Assembly (NCBI GenBank): GCA_950097015.1 | Contig: CATNEN010000038.1 | Coordinates: 29,326,001-29,390,000, forward strand | Source: Macrostomum hystrix | Lineage: Eukaryota > Animalia > Platyhelminthes | Reading direction: 5' to 3' | Length of the DNA: 64,000 bases | Shown: piece after piece, positions 23,101 through 34,724 of the stretch | Layout: each line of letters opens with the position of its first letter | Numbering within the stretch: the stretch's first letter is position 1 | Made by a program: the position numbers and the translations under genes | Notes under the pieces: generated by a model | Database searches by the model: none | What the model was told of the DNA's origin: nothing | What the model saw: only the letters and a program-made list of their open reading frames with translations

Positions 23101-24512
23101 GTTTGGGAGCTATCGCAAAATTGGCATGGGTATTTGAAATACGCCGTGATCCCTCCTCGGGGGGATTAACAAAGTAAATCCTTCCAAAACCCTTCTCATT
23201 CTTAACCCTTCTCATTCTTAACCCTTCTCATTCTCAACCCTTCTCATTGGTTGAGATGAGAATGGTTGAGAATGAGAAGGCTTGGAATGAGAATGGTTGA
23301 GAATGAGAAGGGTTAAGAATGAGAATGATTGAGAATGAGTAGTGTTAAGAATGAGAAGGGTTAAGAATGAGAATGGTTGAGAATGAGAAGGCTTGAGAAT
23401 GATAATGGTTGAGAATGAGAATGGTTGAGAATGAGAAGGCTTGAGAATGAGAAGGCTTGAGAATCAGAAGGGTTGAGAATGAGAAGGGTTAAGAATGAGA
23501 ATGGTTGAGAATGAGAATGGTTGAGAATGAGAATGGTTGAGAATGAGAAGGCTTGAGAATGAGAATGGTTGAGAATGAGAATGGTTGAGAATGAGAAGGC
23601 TTGAGAATGAGAAGGGTTGAGAATGAGAAGGGTTGAGAATGAGAATGGTTGAGAATGAGAAGGGTTAAGAATGAGAATGGTTGAGAATGAGAAGGCTTGA
23701 GAATGAGAATGGTTGAGAATGAGAATGGTTGAGAATGAGAATGGTTGAGAATGAGAAGGCTTGAGAATGAGAATGGTTGAGAATGAGAAGGGTTAAGAAT
23801 GAGAATGATTGAGAATGAGAAGGGTTAAGAATGAGAAGGGTTAAGAATGAGAATGGTTGAGAATGAGAAGGCTTGAGAATGAGAATGGTTGAGAATGAGA
23901 AGGGTTAAGAATGAGAAGGGTTAAGAATGAGAATGGTTGAGAATGAGAAGGGTTGAGAATGAGAAGGCTTGAGAATGAGAAGGGTTAACAATGAGAAGGC
24001 TTGAGAATGAGAAGGGTTAAGAATGAGAAGGCTTGAGAATGAGAAGGGTTGAGAATGAGAAGGGTTGAGAATGAGAAGGGTTAAGAATGAGAAGGCTTGA
24101 GAATGAGAAGGGTTGAGAATGAGAAGGGTTGAGAATGAGAAGGGTTGAGAATGAGAAGGGTTGAGTAAATCCGGTGCAAAACAGTTTCCTCAATCCAAAC
24201 CTTGTAATCGAAGAAGTCAAAGAAGAATATTTCTATTTCTTTCATATACAGGCCCTCCAATGTCAGCTCATTCAACGGCTTGGCTCCTGAGCGCAGCATC
24301 TTGACCCGGTTCATGAAGTTGATTATGGCTTCGTACCAGCCCACGAACGTTTTGATGACTGACGTAAGTTTTTTCGACTGCTCTTCATATTTTTCCGTCA
24401 TTGTCTTTTTCGTCTGGTGCTCATTACTTTTTTTCGCATCTTTGGATTTCCGCTTTTCGGATTTCGAATTTTTGGATTTCGGATTTTCGGACACGAAATT
24501 CGAAACGTTCAT
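17164..24512 (-). CDS. DC-STAMP domain protein with C-terminal Cys8 (C4C4) RING-like domain (DCST1/DCST2-Sneaky-SPE-42 family)
   Basis: Phase-consistent exons: 24512-24201, 22501-22187, 21222-20760, 20256-19893, 19714-19387, 19105-18900, 18678-18324, 17379-17164. Family motifs: GPISTLRSNI..SKAC..E, DDFENIYITAPF, VLPL..YE, ACSPKASEP, LRHHI..MEP..QRAVWL, and CARC...CDSC..ICSPC...CPNC. The start ATG is tentative. Confidence 0.85.
17505..18298. repeat. 20-bp minisatellite (CCATAGACAACTACATACAA) in the last DCST intron
   Basis: Column-aligned 20-bp period with ATATAT variant units. Confidence 0.95.
19190..19345 (+). mobile_element. tRNA-derived SINE, family B (CORE-like)
   Basis: CCTTTAGCAAGACCCTTAACTCTGCATTGCTTCAGTTCACCCAGCTGTTAAATGGGTACC resembles the MIR CORE consensus; preceded by decayed A and B boxes. 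Confidence 0.7.
19718..19834. repeat. 20-bp minisatellite (GAGTGCATGAGTTCATGAGT) abutting a DCST acceptor
   Basis: About 6 units ending within a few nt of the acceptor AG (19715-19716 on the minus strand). Confidence 0.93.
20410..20735 (+). mobile_element. tRNA-derived SINE, family A, with (TTA)n tail
   Basis: A box TGGCAGAGCGG and B-box-like GAGCTCGATTC, a conserved body, a (GT)n patch and a TTA tail. Five further copies in the window. Confidence 0.85.
21390..21993. repeat. 63-bp minisatellite, about 9.5 units, in a DCST intron
   Basis: Near-identical units CACAAATGACAATCATGGGATGTTATAGATGCAAAAGGCTCACTACGCTAGGCACTTCTAAGT; one unit has a TA insertion near 21715. Confidence 0.96.
22572..23145. 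mobile_element. MITE family C (TIR ~TATTTCAAATACCCATGC) containing a nested family A SINE
   Basis: TATTTCAAATACCCATGCAAGTTTT vs AAAATTGGCATGGGTATTTGAAATA. The internal motif AATATCTCGAC...GAAGTTGTTTC is shared with 54368-54705 and ~45810-45860. Confidence 0.65.
22605..22966 (-). mobile_element. tRNA-derived SINE, family A
   Basis: Reverse-complement match to 20410-20735, including the (TAA)n tail at 22605-22626. Confidence 0.85.
23190..24165. repeat. 16-bp minisatellite (GAGAATGAGAAGGGTT) with an inverted terminal block
   Basis: 16-bp period; 23190-23248 is in the opposite orientation (CCCTTCTCATTCTTAA). Confidence 0.95.
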
Positions 24513-25708
24513 CCTGTAGCTTCTGAGCTGCTGACTTAACAAACTCTACTACTCAAGTTTGATTTACGGTTGCAGACTGAACTTTTTATTAATCGTAGTA
24601 AATGGTTATTTCTCTTCTGTGCTTTGTTCTTTAATTGCTGGAAAAAAGTTTTCTACTGTCGCTTTAGCTATGCCGCGCTAACTGAGTGTCGAAGGCTCAC
24701 TGTAGTGTTAACCATAGACAAAAACTAATTTTTTTTATTTTTATGTAAATTGCACAGCAAAGCTAGTGTAGTATAGCCCAAGCCTTTTCGAAATGAATGT
24801 GTGTTTAACGCGAAGATTCGAGCTCTGGGATTTTCGAGCAAAAATCTGATGCACTACAGCTCCGTCACTCAACCTCTTCAGTGTTGGTTGCCACTGCGTT
24901 GTCAATGAAGCTGCAGGGATCTCCAACGATCTCTATGTAGAATGCACAGTCTTCTGAACTTGTAATTATTGAAAAACTCATACTTAGCTACAGGCCCCTA
25001 CTAACAACTCACAACTATCTTCTCGATTCCTGTCTTATATCCCCACTCATATATCTCTTCTCTCATGGTACTGCATCAGGAGCTGTCAATTTGTGGTAGT
25101 CTGCAAATTGCAACGAATTGCGATTCTTATTATCGGCAGTGAAAGAGCAGTCGGCAGTATTTTTTACTTTTTTTATTGCTTGCAGTCGTTTCGTCTACAC
25201 TCAAATTTTGACGTTTGATTCGAAGCTGTAAATTGTCACATCAAACAAGCTAGTTTTGTATGTAGACCCGAGATTATGTTAGCGCTTGTGTCCTAATCAG
25301 CACGAAAAAATCGGGTGGGTTTTTCTGATAGCTTAGAGGTAATTTGCTAAATGTCTATTACTTTCAATTAGATTATATATTTATTTGTTATTATTTGGCT
25401 TTTCTTTTTAGCGCAAAATTAAAAACTGAATCAGGCTATTGGCTTTTAAAAAATATCTCTCGCAAAAAAACTTGTTGCTTTTAACGATGATAAGAAAGCT
25501 TCAATTATGAAAAATTGATCTTCATTTTGTTTTCATATATTTATCATGAAGAACAATAGCCAGACCATTGTTATCCTTTGACTAACTCAGTTTTCAGATC
25601 AAGTATAAGTGTATTACAGGAATTATGTAGAATTTCCTTATAAAAATCAGTAGGCCAAGCTGTAGGCCTAGGCTAATTTTATGTCTGCTTGGTTGCTATT
25701 AAGCTTTG

Positions 25709-26560
25709 TAAAAAGTATCTGCTTTTGCTATTTTATCAAATAGAAAAAAGTTATTCCAGCTTTTTATCTAAAACCGAACAATGATTTTCATGTATCTTCA
25801 AACCAGAGAATTTGATGTTTGGTTTTACAATTTGAGTGAGTGGTTTAATCTTATTTTAAGGAGTGAACTATCATGAATTATGTAATTTGAAAGCATTTTT
25901 CATGCTCTATAAATAACTACATTTATGGTCATTTAATTGGCAAGCAACCACATACAATCTTCGTCCCATAGTGCGGATCATGCTGGTCTTACGCCGGAGG
26001 AAAAATCCAACATTTTTTGGCACTTACGCCAGACTTACGCTAGGGTAATGTATCATCAACCGAACAGTGTATCTTCAAAACCGAACAAGAATTTTGACTT
26101 CTTCCTTGGTCTTATGCAAGACAGAAACAAGCTATTGTGTTTCACAGAACAACTAATTTGAAAGTTGAAGAAATTATCTACAAGCTGAGGCATGATGTGC
26201 AATGAAGCATTAAGAGGAAAGAAAGATATTGATGTTTCAGTAGAAATTTTTATTGCAAAAGCATACTTTTTAACAACATTTTTTCAGTATGTACTTTAGA
26301 CTAAGATTGTATGTGGTTGCTTGCCAATTAAATGACCATAAATGTAGTTATTTATAGAGCATGAAAAATGCCTTCAAATGACATAATTCATGATAGTTAA
26401 CTCCTTAAAATAAGATTAAACCACTCACTCAAATTTTAAAACCAAACATCAAATTCTCTGTTTGGTTTGAAGATACATGAAAATCATTGTTCGGTTTTAG
26501 AAAAAAAAGCAGGAATAACTTTTTTCTATTTGATAAAATAGCAAAAGCAGATACTTTTTA
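25709..26560. repeat. ~250-bp inverted repeat pair (25709-25961 / 26303-26560)
   Basis: TAAAAAGTATCTGCTTTTGC...CACATACAATCTT is reverse-complemented at 26303-26560 with few mismatches. Confidence 0.9.
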
Positions 26561-27269
26561 GAAAGATGTAACTGTTTTCTATAACTTGGCTTTTGATTTA
26601 TCATCATATCTTAAATAGAAAATCTGTAGCTTAGGTTTGAAGTTAAAAAAATACACATTCTTGTTTGGTTGATGATACATTACCCTAACCAAAATAGGTC
26701 CCTCTGACTTACGCCACCCAAAAAAAGGTCCTTCACAATTCTTGTTAATCCATGTCTCTTTATCGGCCTCCTTGCTTGCTGCCCTCGACTATTACATGGA
26801 TGTCTCTCTCACTCTAACCAGCATGTAATAGAATAGATGATTCACAATTAATCGGTGATTAATTAAATTCAGAAGTTGCAACTGTTTAAAAATCTCACAA
26901 GTTGCAAATTCTGAATCAAGTATCAAAGTAAGCATCTTAAAGCTAAAAAAACTTTTGCTATCCTACAATAGATATTCTGCTATCTCATTTATATGAACTA
27001 CAATATTTTAATGAACTTTGTTTTAATGCTGCTCCTTAACATCATAATTAACACAAATGTGTTATGTTCTATAGTGATACATTTGATCGTGAATGATCTC
27101 ATTTGTGCTAACATTTACGCCACTTGATTTATGCCATGTACTTATGCCAAGCACTTACGCCAAGGCACATTTTGGCCTATACTTACGCCAAGCACTTACG
27201 CCAGCCTCCGATCCCAAACCAGATTTACGCCGGAGATCTCCGGCATAAACGACATGATCCGGACTATGG
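25966..27269. mobile_element. Non-autonomous TIR DNA transposon with 8-bp TSD and subterminal CTTACGCC repeats
   Basis: Left end CCATAGTGCGGATCATGCTGGTCTTACGCCGGAG vs right-end reverse complement CCATAGTCCGGATCATGTCGTTTATGCCGGAG. Flanks TCTTCGTC / TCTTCATC. Confidence 0.7.
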
Positions 27270-28921
27270 TCTTCATCTAAAGTACATAGGCCTACTGAAA
27301 AATTGGTCAGTTTAAAGTTTAAAGTTTAAAGTTTGGTCAGTTTGTCATCTACTAATAACAAGCATTGTAGTCTGTAGACTCAATTAACATATGCTTCTGC
27401 ATACATGTACAAGTAGGCCTATATATAAAAATGAGGCCAAAATGTGACTTGCTTGTTTGTGCTCATGTGGTTTCATTTCAGTTGCCCTTATTACTACTAA
27501 GTAACTAAATAGGGTACACGTTGGAGTGATGTTGGTTGAGGTGGGATTGTGGGGCAGAGGTGTGAAAACTTGAAGCATGGAATATGCATATGGAGGTGCT
27601 TTTGTGCTTGGTTAGTTTGTAATAAAGTCAGGGTGGGTTTTGGGGTTAAGGTATGAACACGTTTCACACTCTACATTGTCAAAACAGGTGTCAAAACTGA
27701 TTTCATTTCATTATAAGAGTTAAAAGATAGGTGCCAACATGATGTGGGGAGGGTCTTTTCTAACTTCAAAAACTTTTTTTCATAGATGACAAAGTGTCCA
27801 CAAGTCCAAGTCACTACGTCATCCACCCTCTGAGATATTGGACAAATTGTCAAGTTGTAGGATGACAAAATGTCCAGGGACCATATTTAGGCCTACTGCA
27901 CCTATATAATGATTGCAATGAGAGCTTCTGATTCTTTAAGAAGAATCTATGAGCAGTTTTAGTATTACTATACATAATAAGGCTTATAAAAGTGTCAAAA
28001 ATAACTATAACATTTAACATAATGTTGGGGTCAGTCTATCAGAGAATACACAGAAAGTAAGTTCTGTCGTCAGCATGCAAATGTTTCTATACATATAGTT
28101 GCTAAAAATACTTTTTTGCAGCTTTAAAACATGTAAAACATTTCACTCTATATTTCTCTCTATTGTTAGCATATCACTCGGCACAAGCAGACTCTGGAAG
28201 GCTCTTGGACACCAGTCTTTGTCCACCATGGACATCATTTCTGTGGATCAGATGGTCACAGCCTCAAATAACTTACTTAACTCTTAAACTCTTAACTCCG
28301 TGACTTTCTTACTTAATAACTTTTTTACTTGCTTTTTGTCACACTGGCTCTTTGATTTGTCACACAGAAATTGCAGTTGCTTATATGTACAACTTCTTTT
28401 GGTAAAGTGAAAGAATTTGACTGAATATTTATACTATTTTGCACATTTAAGCAATGATCTTAGGCTTATCAACTAGGCTATAAGATGTAGCATTTTTTTA
28501 GAAAATAACTTCTAGATCTCTAGCCACTGCCTTTATTTTTAATTGTAATTTTGTAATATACCATCAAAAAATTCCTTATGTAATTTGTTTTATAGGTTTT
28601 CATTATTAGAATATGAGTGAAGTGAAGTATGTTTATGAGTGTTTTTATTTTGTTTTACTTATTTTTTTGTTCGAAATGAAAATTGAAAAGAAATGAAAAC
28701 AATCCATTAAGTCCTGTGTAAATTTTAAATCACTTTAATACTTACAGCTAAATATATAATCTGAAGTATCAAAGAACTACAACTTAAATTGGTACATACT
28801 GAACAAGTATTTGTTACAATAACACACACTGCAATAGATATGGAGGTATGAATATTTATTATAGCTAATTTCACATTTTTCGAGTAGAGTTTAAAAACAC
28901 TTTGAATATAAACTATTTTAG

Positions 28922-31900
28922 GAGCATGAAGTGCCAACTAGCTATGGTGTACCACTGCATGTCTATATTCAACGTGGCAGTAAGCCAAGTGGATCAATAT
29001 TGACTTTCCATGACATTGGAACCAATTGTAAGTTGATTCAACTAACTAGCTCTCAGTTGATTCAGGAACTAGCTCTCAGTTGATTCAGGAACTAGCTCTC
29101 AGTTAATTCAGGAACTAGCTCTCAGTTGATTCAGGAGCTAGCTCTCAGTTGATTCAGGAGCTAGCTCTCAGTTGATTCAGGAACTAGCTCTCAGTTGATT
29201 CAGGAACTAGCTCTCACTTGATTCAGGAACTAGCTCTCAGTTGATTCAGGAACTAGCTCTCAGTTGATTCAGGAACTAGCTCTCAGTTGATTCAGGAGCT
29301 AGCTCTCAGTTGATTCAGGAACTAGCTCTCAGTTGATTCAGGAACTAGCTCTTACTTGATTTAGGAACTAGCTCTCACTTGATTCAGGAACTAGCTCTCA
29401 GTTGATTCAGGAACTAGCTCTCAGTTGATTCAGGAACTAGCTCTCAGTTGATTCAGGAACTAGCTCTCAGTTGATTCAGGAACTAGCTCTCAGTTGATTC
29501 AGGAACTAGCTCTCACTTGATTCAGGAACTAGCTCTCAGTTGATTCAGGAACTAGCTCTCAGTTGATTCAGGAACTAGCTCTCAGTTGATTCAGGAACTA
29601 GCTCTCAGTTGATTCAGGAACTAGCTCTCAGTTGATTCAGGAACTAGCTCTCAGTTGATTCAGGAAGTAGCTCTCAGTTGATTCAGGAACTAGCTCTCAG
29701 TTGATTCAGGAACTAGCTCTCAGTTGATTCAGGAACTAGCTCTCAGTTGATTCAGGAACTAGCTCTCAGTTGATTCAGGAACTAGCTCTCAGTTGATTCA
29801 GGAACTAGCTCTCAGTTGATTCAGGAAGTAGCTCTCAGTTGATTCAGGAACTAGCTCTCAGTTGGATCAAAACTTGCCCTGGGTGTGACAGGTGACTGGG
29901 TTTTCCAGTGTCTAAAAATAGAACAGCCCATTGGTCATGCGTACACAGCAGTCTATCCACTGTTTTGATGAATCATTATTTTATTATCTTGTTTACTTTT
30001 GTAGACCGTTCATTCTTGGGTTTCTTCAACTACTGCGAGATGCAGGTGATTGCTGATCACTTTATTGTTTATCACGTCTGTGCGCCTGGCCACCAAGACA
30101 ATGCTGGCCCTGTGGCTTCCGAGTGAGTCTTGCATTATTTTAAAGAAAACAATTTCTTAATTTCTAACCAAGAGAGTAGGAATAAAAATGTTTTTTTGGC
30201 AGCTCCTGAATGCTAACAGGAGCTGCCTGATTGGGTGGTGACTGATTGGTTGACAGACTAGGCGATGGTGTCCTGTGGTTGAGCTGCGTTTAAGGTCCAG
30301 CAAATCCGTCTAGATAAAGGTAGGTGACCACCGAAGATGGGGATGATGCAGGCACATTCGGGTGACATGCTGATAAATTTTGAAGGCCTGGCAAGGCCGC
30401 ACTGAGGCGCATTGCTAATTCGTGTATAGGGAAAAATCTGACCTTCGGCCAGAACCATTGAATATCTCGACAGTCTGAAGAGCTGGCCACTTGAGTCTTG
30501 TTTTAGAAAATGCGCAACAAAAAGTTGGCCCGTGTTCTTAAGTTTCGTGTGCTTGCGTTGCTCCGTTCGGGTGCAGCACATAAAATTGTCATTTGGGAAT
30601 CCACACTTGGTAGTTCTACGGTTAATTTGCTTCTATATATAAATTTAAGTCATTTTTGACAGCCTTGACACTGATTTTTACTGTTTCAGAGTCATTATGC
30701 GATGTACCGAACGCTGGTAATGCCCTGATCAATTAGAATTAAAAATAGATTTTAATTTCTTAATTAAAAAAAGTATTTTTAAACGGTGTCTGTACTTTAA
30801 ACAGTGTACTTCTAACATTACTATATTATTTGTTTTTAATTGCGAACTAATACAAAGATGTTATGTACATCAGTATTGCTGTTTCTTGTGATGTTTTAGT
30901 ATGCCAATATGTCCCAGTAATCGCAGTTAAAATAAGTAATTATATTCGTCAGTGCTATATTCAGCGTCTGAGTAGACAGCCCATTCCGCGAGCTCCTTAG
31001 CACACACGAAGGAGGTGTGTTCACCCGCTCTGACTTTCTCATCGTCATGCACTGTACACTCTCACTGTGCCTTTGATGGTTGGCCCTTACGAGCATCAAT
31101 TTCACTATTATCCTTTAAGCCTTCTCCAGCCTAAAAGGAATTCGAACTCGAGACATTAGTGCAAGTGTTCTATTATCGGCATAATTCTAGACATGTTTTT
31201 TATTCGCATTACTCCTCGTTCTGTAAATTAAACAGCGGCGTCGAAGAGAAGGAGGGCCTACTGGCTGAGCGAAAATATGCCACTTATGCAGACGGCTTGC
31301 CCGGAAAGTAAGTCCCCCTCAGAAATTTGAGTCTGGGTAGACATTTGGTAGTCTGGGTAGACAGTTGGTAGTCTGGGTAGACAGTTTTGAGTCTGGGTAG
31401 ACAGTTGGTAGTCTGGGTAGACAGTTGGTAGTCTGGGTAGACATTTTGAAGTCTGGGTAGACATTTTGAAGTCTGGGTAGACAGTTGGGAGTCTGGGTAG
31501 ACAGTTGGGAGTCTGGGTAGACAGTTGGGAGTCTGGGTAGACAGTTGGGAGTCTGGGTAGACAGTTGGGAGTCTGGGTAGACAGTTGGAAGTCTGGGTAG
31601 ACAGTTGGTAGTCTAGGTAGACATTTGGGAGTCTGGGTAGACATTTTGAAGTCTGGGTAGACAGTTGGGAGTCTGGGTAGACATTTGGTAGTCTGGGTAG
31701 ACAGTTGGTAGTCTAGGTAGACATTTGGGAGTCAGGGTAGACATTTTGAAGTCTGGGTAGACAGTTGGGAGTCTGGGTAGACAGTTGCGAGTCTGGGTAG
31801 ACAGTTGGGATTCTGGGCAGACAGTTGGGAGTCTAGGTAGACAATTGGGAGTCTGGGTAGGCATTTGGGAGTCTGGGTAGACATTTGGAAGTCTGGGTAG

Positions 31901-34530
31901 ACATTTTGAAGTCTGGGTAGACAGTTGGGAGTCTGGGTAGACAGTTGGGAGTCTGGGTAGACAGTTGGGAGTCTGGGTAGACAGTTGGGAGTCTGGGTAG
32001 ACAGTTGGGAGTCTGGGTAGACAGTTGGGAGTCTGGGTAGACAGTTGGGAGTCTGGGTAGACAGTTGGTAGTCTAGGTAGACAGTTGGGAGTCTGGGTAG
32101 ACAGTTGGGAGTCTGGGTAGACAGTTGGGAGTCTGGGTAGACATTTGGAAGTCTGGGTAGACAGTTTGGAGTCTGGGTAGACATTTGGAAGTCTGATTAT
32201 ACAGTTGGTAGTCTAGGTAGACATTTGGGAGTCTGGGTAGACAGTTGGGAGTCTGGGTAGACAGTTGGGAGTCTGGGTAGACATTTGGGAGTCTGGGTAG
32301 ACAGTTGGGAGTCTGGGTAGACAGTTGGGAGTCTGGGTAGACAGTTGGGAGTCTGGGTAGACAGTTTGGAGTCTGGGTAGACAGTTGGGAGTCTGGGTAG
32401 ACATTTGGAAGTCTGATTATACAGTTGGTAGTCTAGGTAGACATTTGGGAGTCTGGGTAGACAGTTGGGAGTCTGGGTAGACAGTTGGGAGTCTGGGTAG
32501 ACATTTGGAAGTCTGATTATACAGTTGGTAGTCTAGGTAGACATTTGGGAGTCTGGGTAGACAGTTGGGAGTCTGGGTAGACAGTTGGGAGTCTGGGTAG
32601 ACATTTGGGAGTCTGGGTAGACAGTTGGGAGTCTGGGTAGACAGTTGGGAGTCTGGGTAGACAGTTGGGAGTCTGGGTAGACATTTGGAAGTCTGGGTAG
32701 ACAGTTTGGAGTCTGGGTAGACATTTGGAAGTCTGATTATACAGTTGGTAGTCTAGGTAGACATTTGGAAGTCTGGGTAGACATTTTGAAGTCAACATTT
32801 TGCTCAACAGTTGCTGCCGATCTGCCCGCCCACAGAATCGGTTATCCCAGCCTAGACGAGATAGCCGAGATGCTGCAGTCAGTTGTTAGCCATTTCAACC
32901 TGTCCTATTTTGTTGGATTCGGTTTCGGCGCCGGCGCGAATGTTCTGTGTCGCTACGCTCTGCGCTACCCGGATAGGGTGCTTAGCCTGTTCCTAATTAA
33001 TCCCAATGCTATGACGGACAATACCTATTATAATTGGCTATTCGCTAACAACAATGCCGAATGGCAGCGAATGTCTCAGGGCCTACTGACCGACGCGGCT
33101 TTGAAGCTACTGGAGCGGCATTGGTTTGGCCACACTGGCTCAGATTCTGTTGACCTACTGGAGGCATGCAAACAGCAACTGCTTGGCATGTGCCTACCCA
33201 ATGTGGCTGGCTACGTTAAAGCCTATTACGATAGGCCAGATTTGGGCATTCAACGCGACCTGGCTAAACTGCCTGGCAGCGGGATTCGAACTCTGGATGT
33301 GCAGGTAATAATGTGATTTACAGCGCACCTTCGATTTGCGAATATTAAACTCATCCAGCACCTCATCAGCTTATCCAGCACCTCATCAGCTTATCCAGCA
33401 TCTCATCAACTCATCCAGCACCTCACCAGCTTATCCAGCACCTCATCAGCTTATCCAGCATCTAATCCACTCATCCAGCATCTCATCAACTCATCCACCA
33501 TCTCATCAACTCATCCAGCACCTCATCAACTCATCCAGCATCTCATCAACTCATCCACCATCTCATCAACTCATCCAGCACCTCATTAACTCACCCAGCA
33601 TCTAACCAACTCACCCAGCATCTCATCAACTCACCCAGCATCTAATCAACTCACCCAGCATCTCATCAACTCACCCAGCATCTAATCAACTCACCCAGCA
33701 TCTAACCAACTCACCCAGCATCTCATCAACTCACCCAGCATCTAATCAACTCATCCAGCACCTCATTAACTCACCCAGCATCTAACCAACTCACCCAGCA
33801 TCTCATCAACTCACCCAGCATCTCATCAACTCATCCAGCATCTCATTAACTCACCCAGCATCTCATCAACTCATCCAGCATCTCATTAACTCACCCAGCA
33901 TCTCATCAACTCATCCAGCATCTAATCAACTCATCCAGCATCTCATTATCTCACCCAGCATCTCATTATCTCACCCAGCATCTCATTATCTCACCCAGCA
34001 TCTCATTATCTCACCCAGCATCTCATTATCTCACCCAGCATCTCATTAACTCACCCAGCATCTCATTAACTCACCCAGCATCTAACCAACTCACCCAGCA
34101 CCTCCCTCATCAACATATAATCTATCCGATCATAAAGTTGCCTCAGAGTTATTTGAATCAGGAACCAGCTCTTGATAAAAGTTTTGTTTCTGAATGATCC
34201 CAATCACAGGCCTTCCTAGTCACTGGCGGCCTGGCCAAAGAGATGGTTAGTCGCCTAGTAGCTATGAATTCTCGCTGCGATCCGAGTCGCACCGAGTTTC
34301 TAGTTGTCGACGACTGCGACGGCATGATGATGGAGACTGACCCGGCCCGCCTGGCGGTCCTGCTCCTTCGCCATCTGCGTTCTATCGGTCTCGTTGTCTC
34401 CCTGACGCCTGAGAGAGTCAAAGAAATAGCTAAACAACGTTGCGCTATGGCCGAAACTGTTGAAGGAATCGATGAGACTGTCGGGTCTATTGCTGCTTCT
34501 GATTGCACGGCTGATAGTGGCGATGCTTGA
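28922..34530 (+). CDS. NDRG: NDRG (N-myc downstream-regulated) family protein; first coding exon uncertain
   Basis: Exons 28922-29027 (EHEVPTSYG..ILTFHDIGTN), 30005-30122 (YRSFLGFFNY..VYHVCAPGHQ), candidate cassettes 30690-30716 and 31236-31307, 32836-33304 (YPSLDEIAEML..GFGFGAGANVL..YPDRV..RPDL), and 34210-34530 (stop TGA). A possible first exon MDIISVDQM lies at 28228-28254. Confidence 0.9.
29031..29863. repeat. 23-bp minisatellite (GTTGATTCAGGAACTAGCTCTCA) starting at an NDRG donor site
   Basis: 23-bp period; the array begins within the GTAAGTTGATTCA donor sequence. Confidence 0.96.
30190..30621. mobile_element. Non-autonomous TIR element, family D (inverted copy of 38119-38937)
   Basis: Body is a reverse-complement match to 38480-38900. 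It ends CTTGGTAGTTCTACGG followed by TTAA; the left end is unclear. Confidence 0.7.
30988..31087 (-). mobile_element. Family A SINE fragment
   Basis: CTGACTTTCTCATCGTCA...CACTGTGCCTT...GGTTGGCCCT matches the SINE body. Confidence 0.7.
31320..32793. repeat. 20-bp minisatellite (ACAGTTGGGAGTCTGGGTAG) filling an NDRG intron
   Basis: Column-aligned 20-bp period; the recurring variant GTCTGATTAT marks sub-duplications. Confidence 0.97.
33345..34105. repeat. 20-bp minisatellite (TCTCATCAACTCAYCCAGCA) in the last NDRG intron
   Basis: Column-aligned 20-bp period. Confidence 0.96.
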
Positions 34531-34724
34531 TTATCTAGTGCCGGGACTTCAGGGAATCGGGAGATCTAAAACATCTTACCTTTATGGGAATTTATTTTTA
34601 TCAAAATAGAGTTTTTTTATTAGTATAAGCTAATTAAAAAATACGAAATTTAAAAAATTTGGAACTTCTTTCCAATCTTTTTTTAAAGAATTAAGCACTT
34701 CAATAGCTAATTTCACAAAACAGA

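Noticed and set aside
32765-32835. Alternative NDRG acceptor at 32810 suggested by the ORF track
   Set aside because: It needs phase 1, but the upstream exons end in phase 2, which fits the acceptor at 32835.
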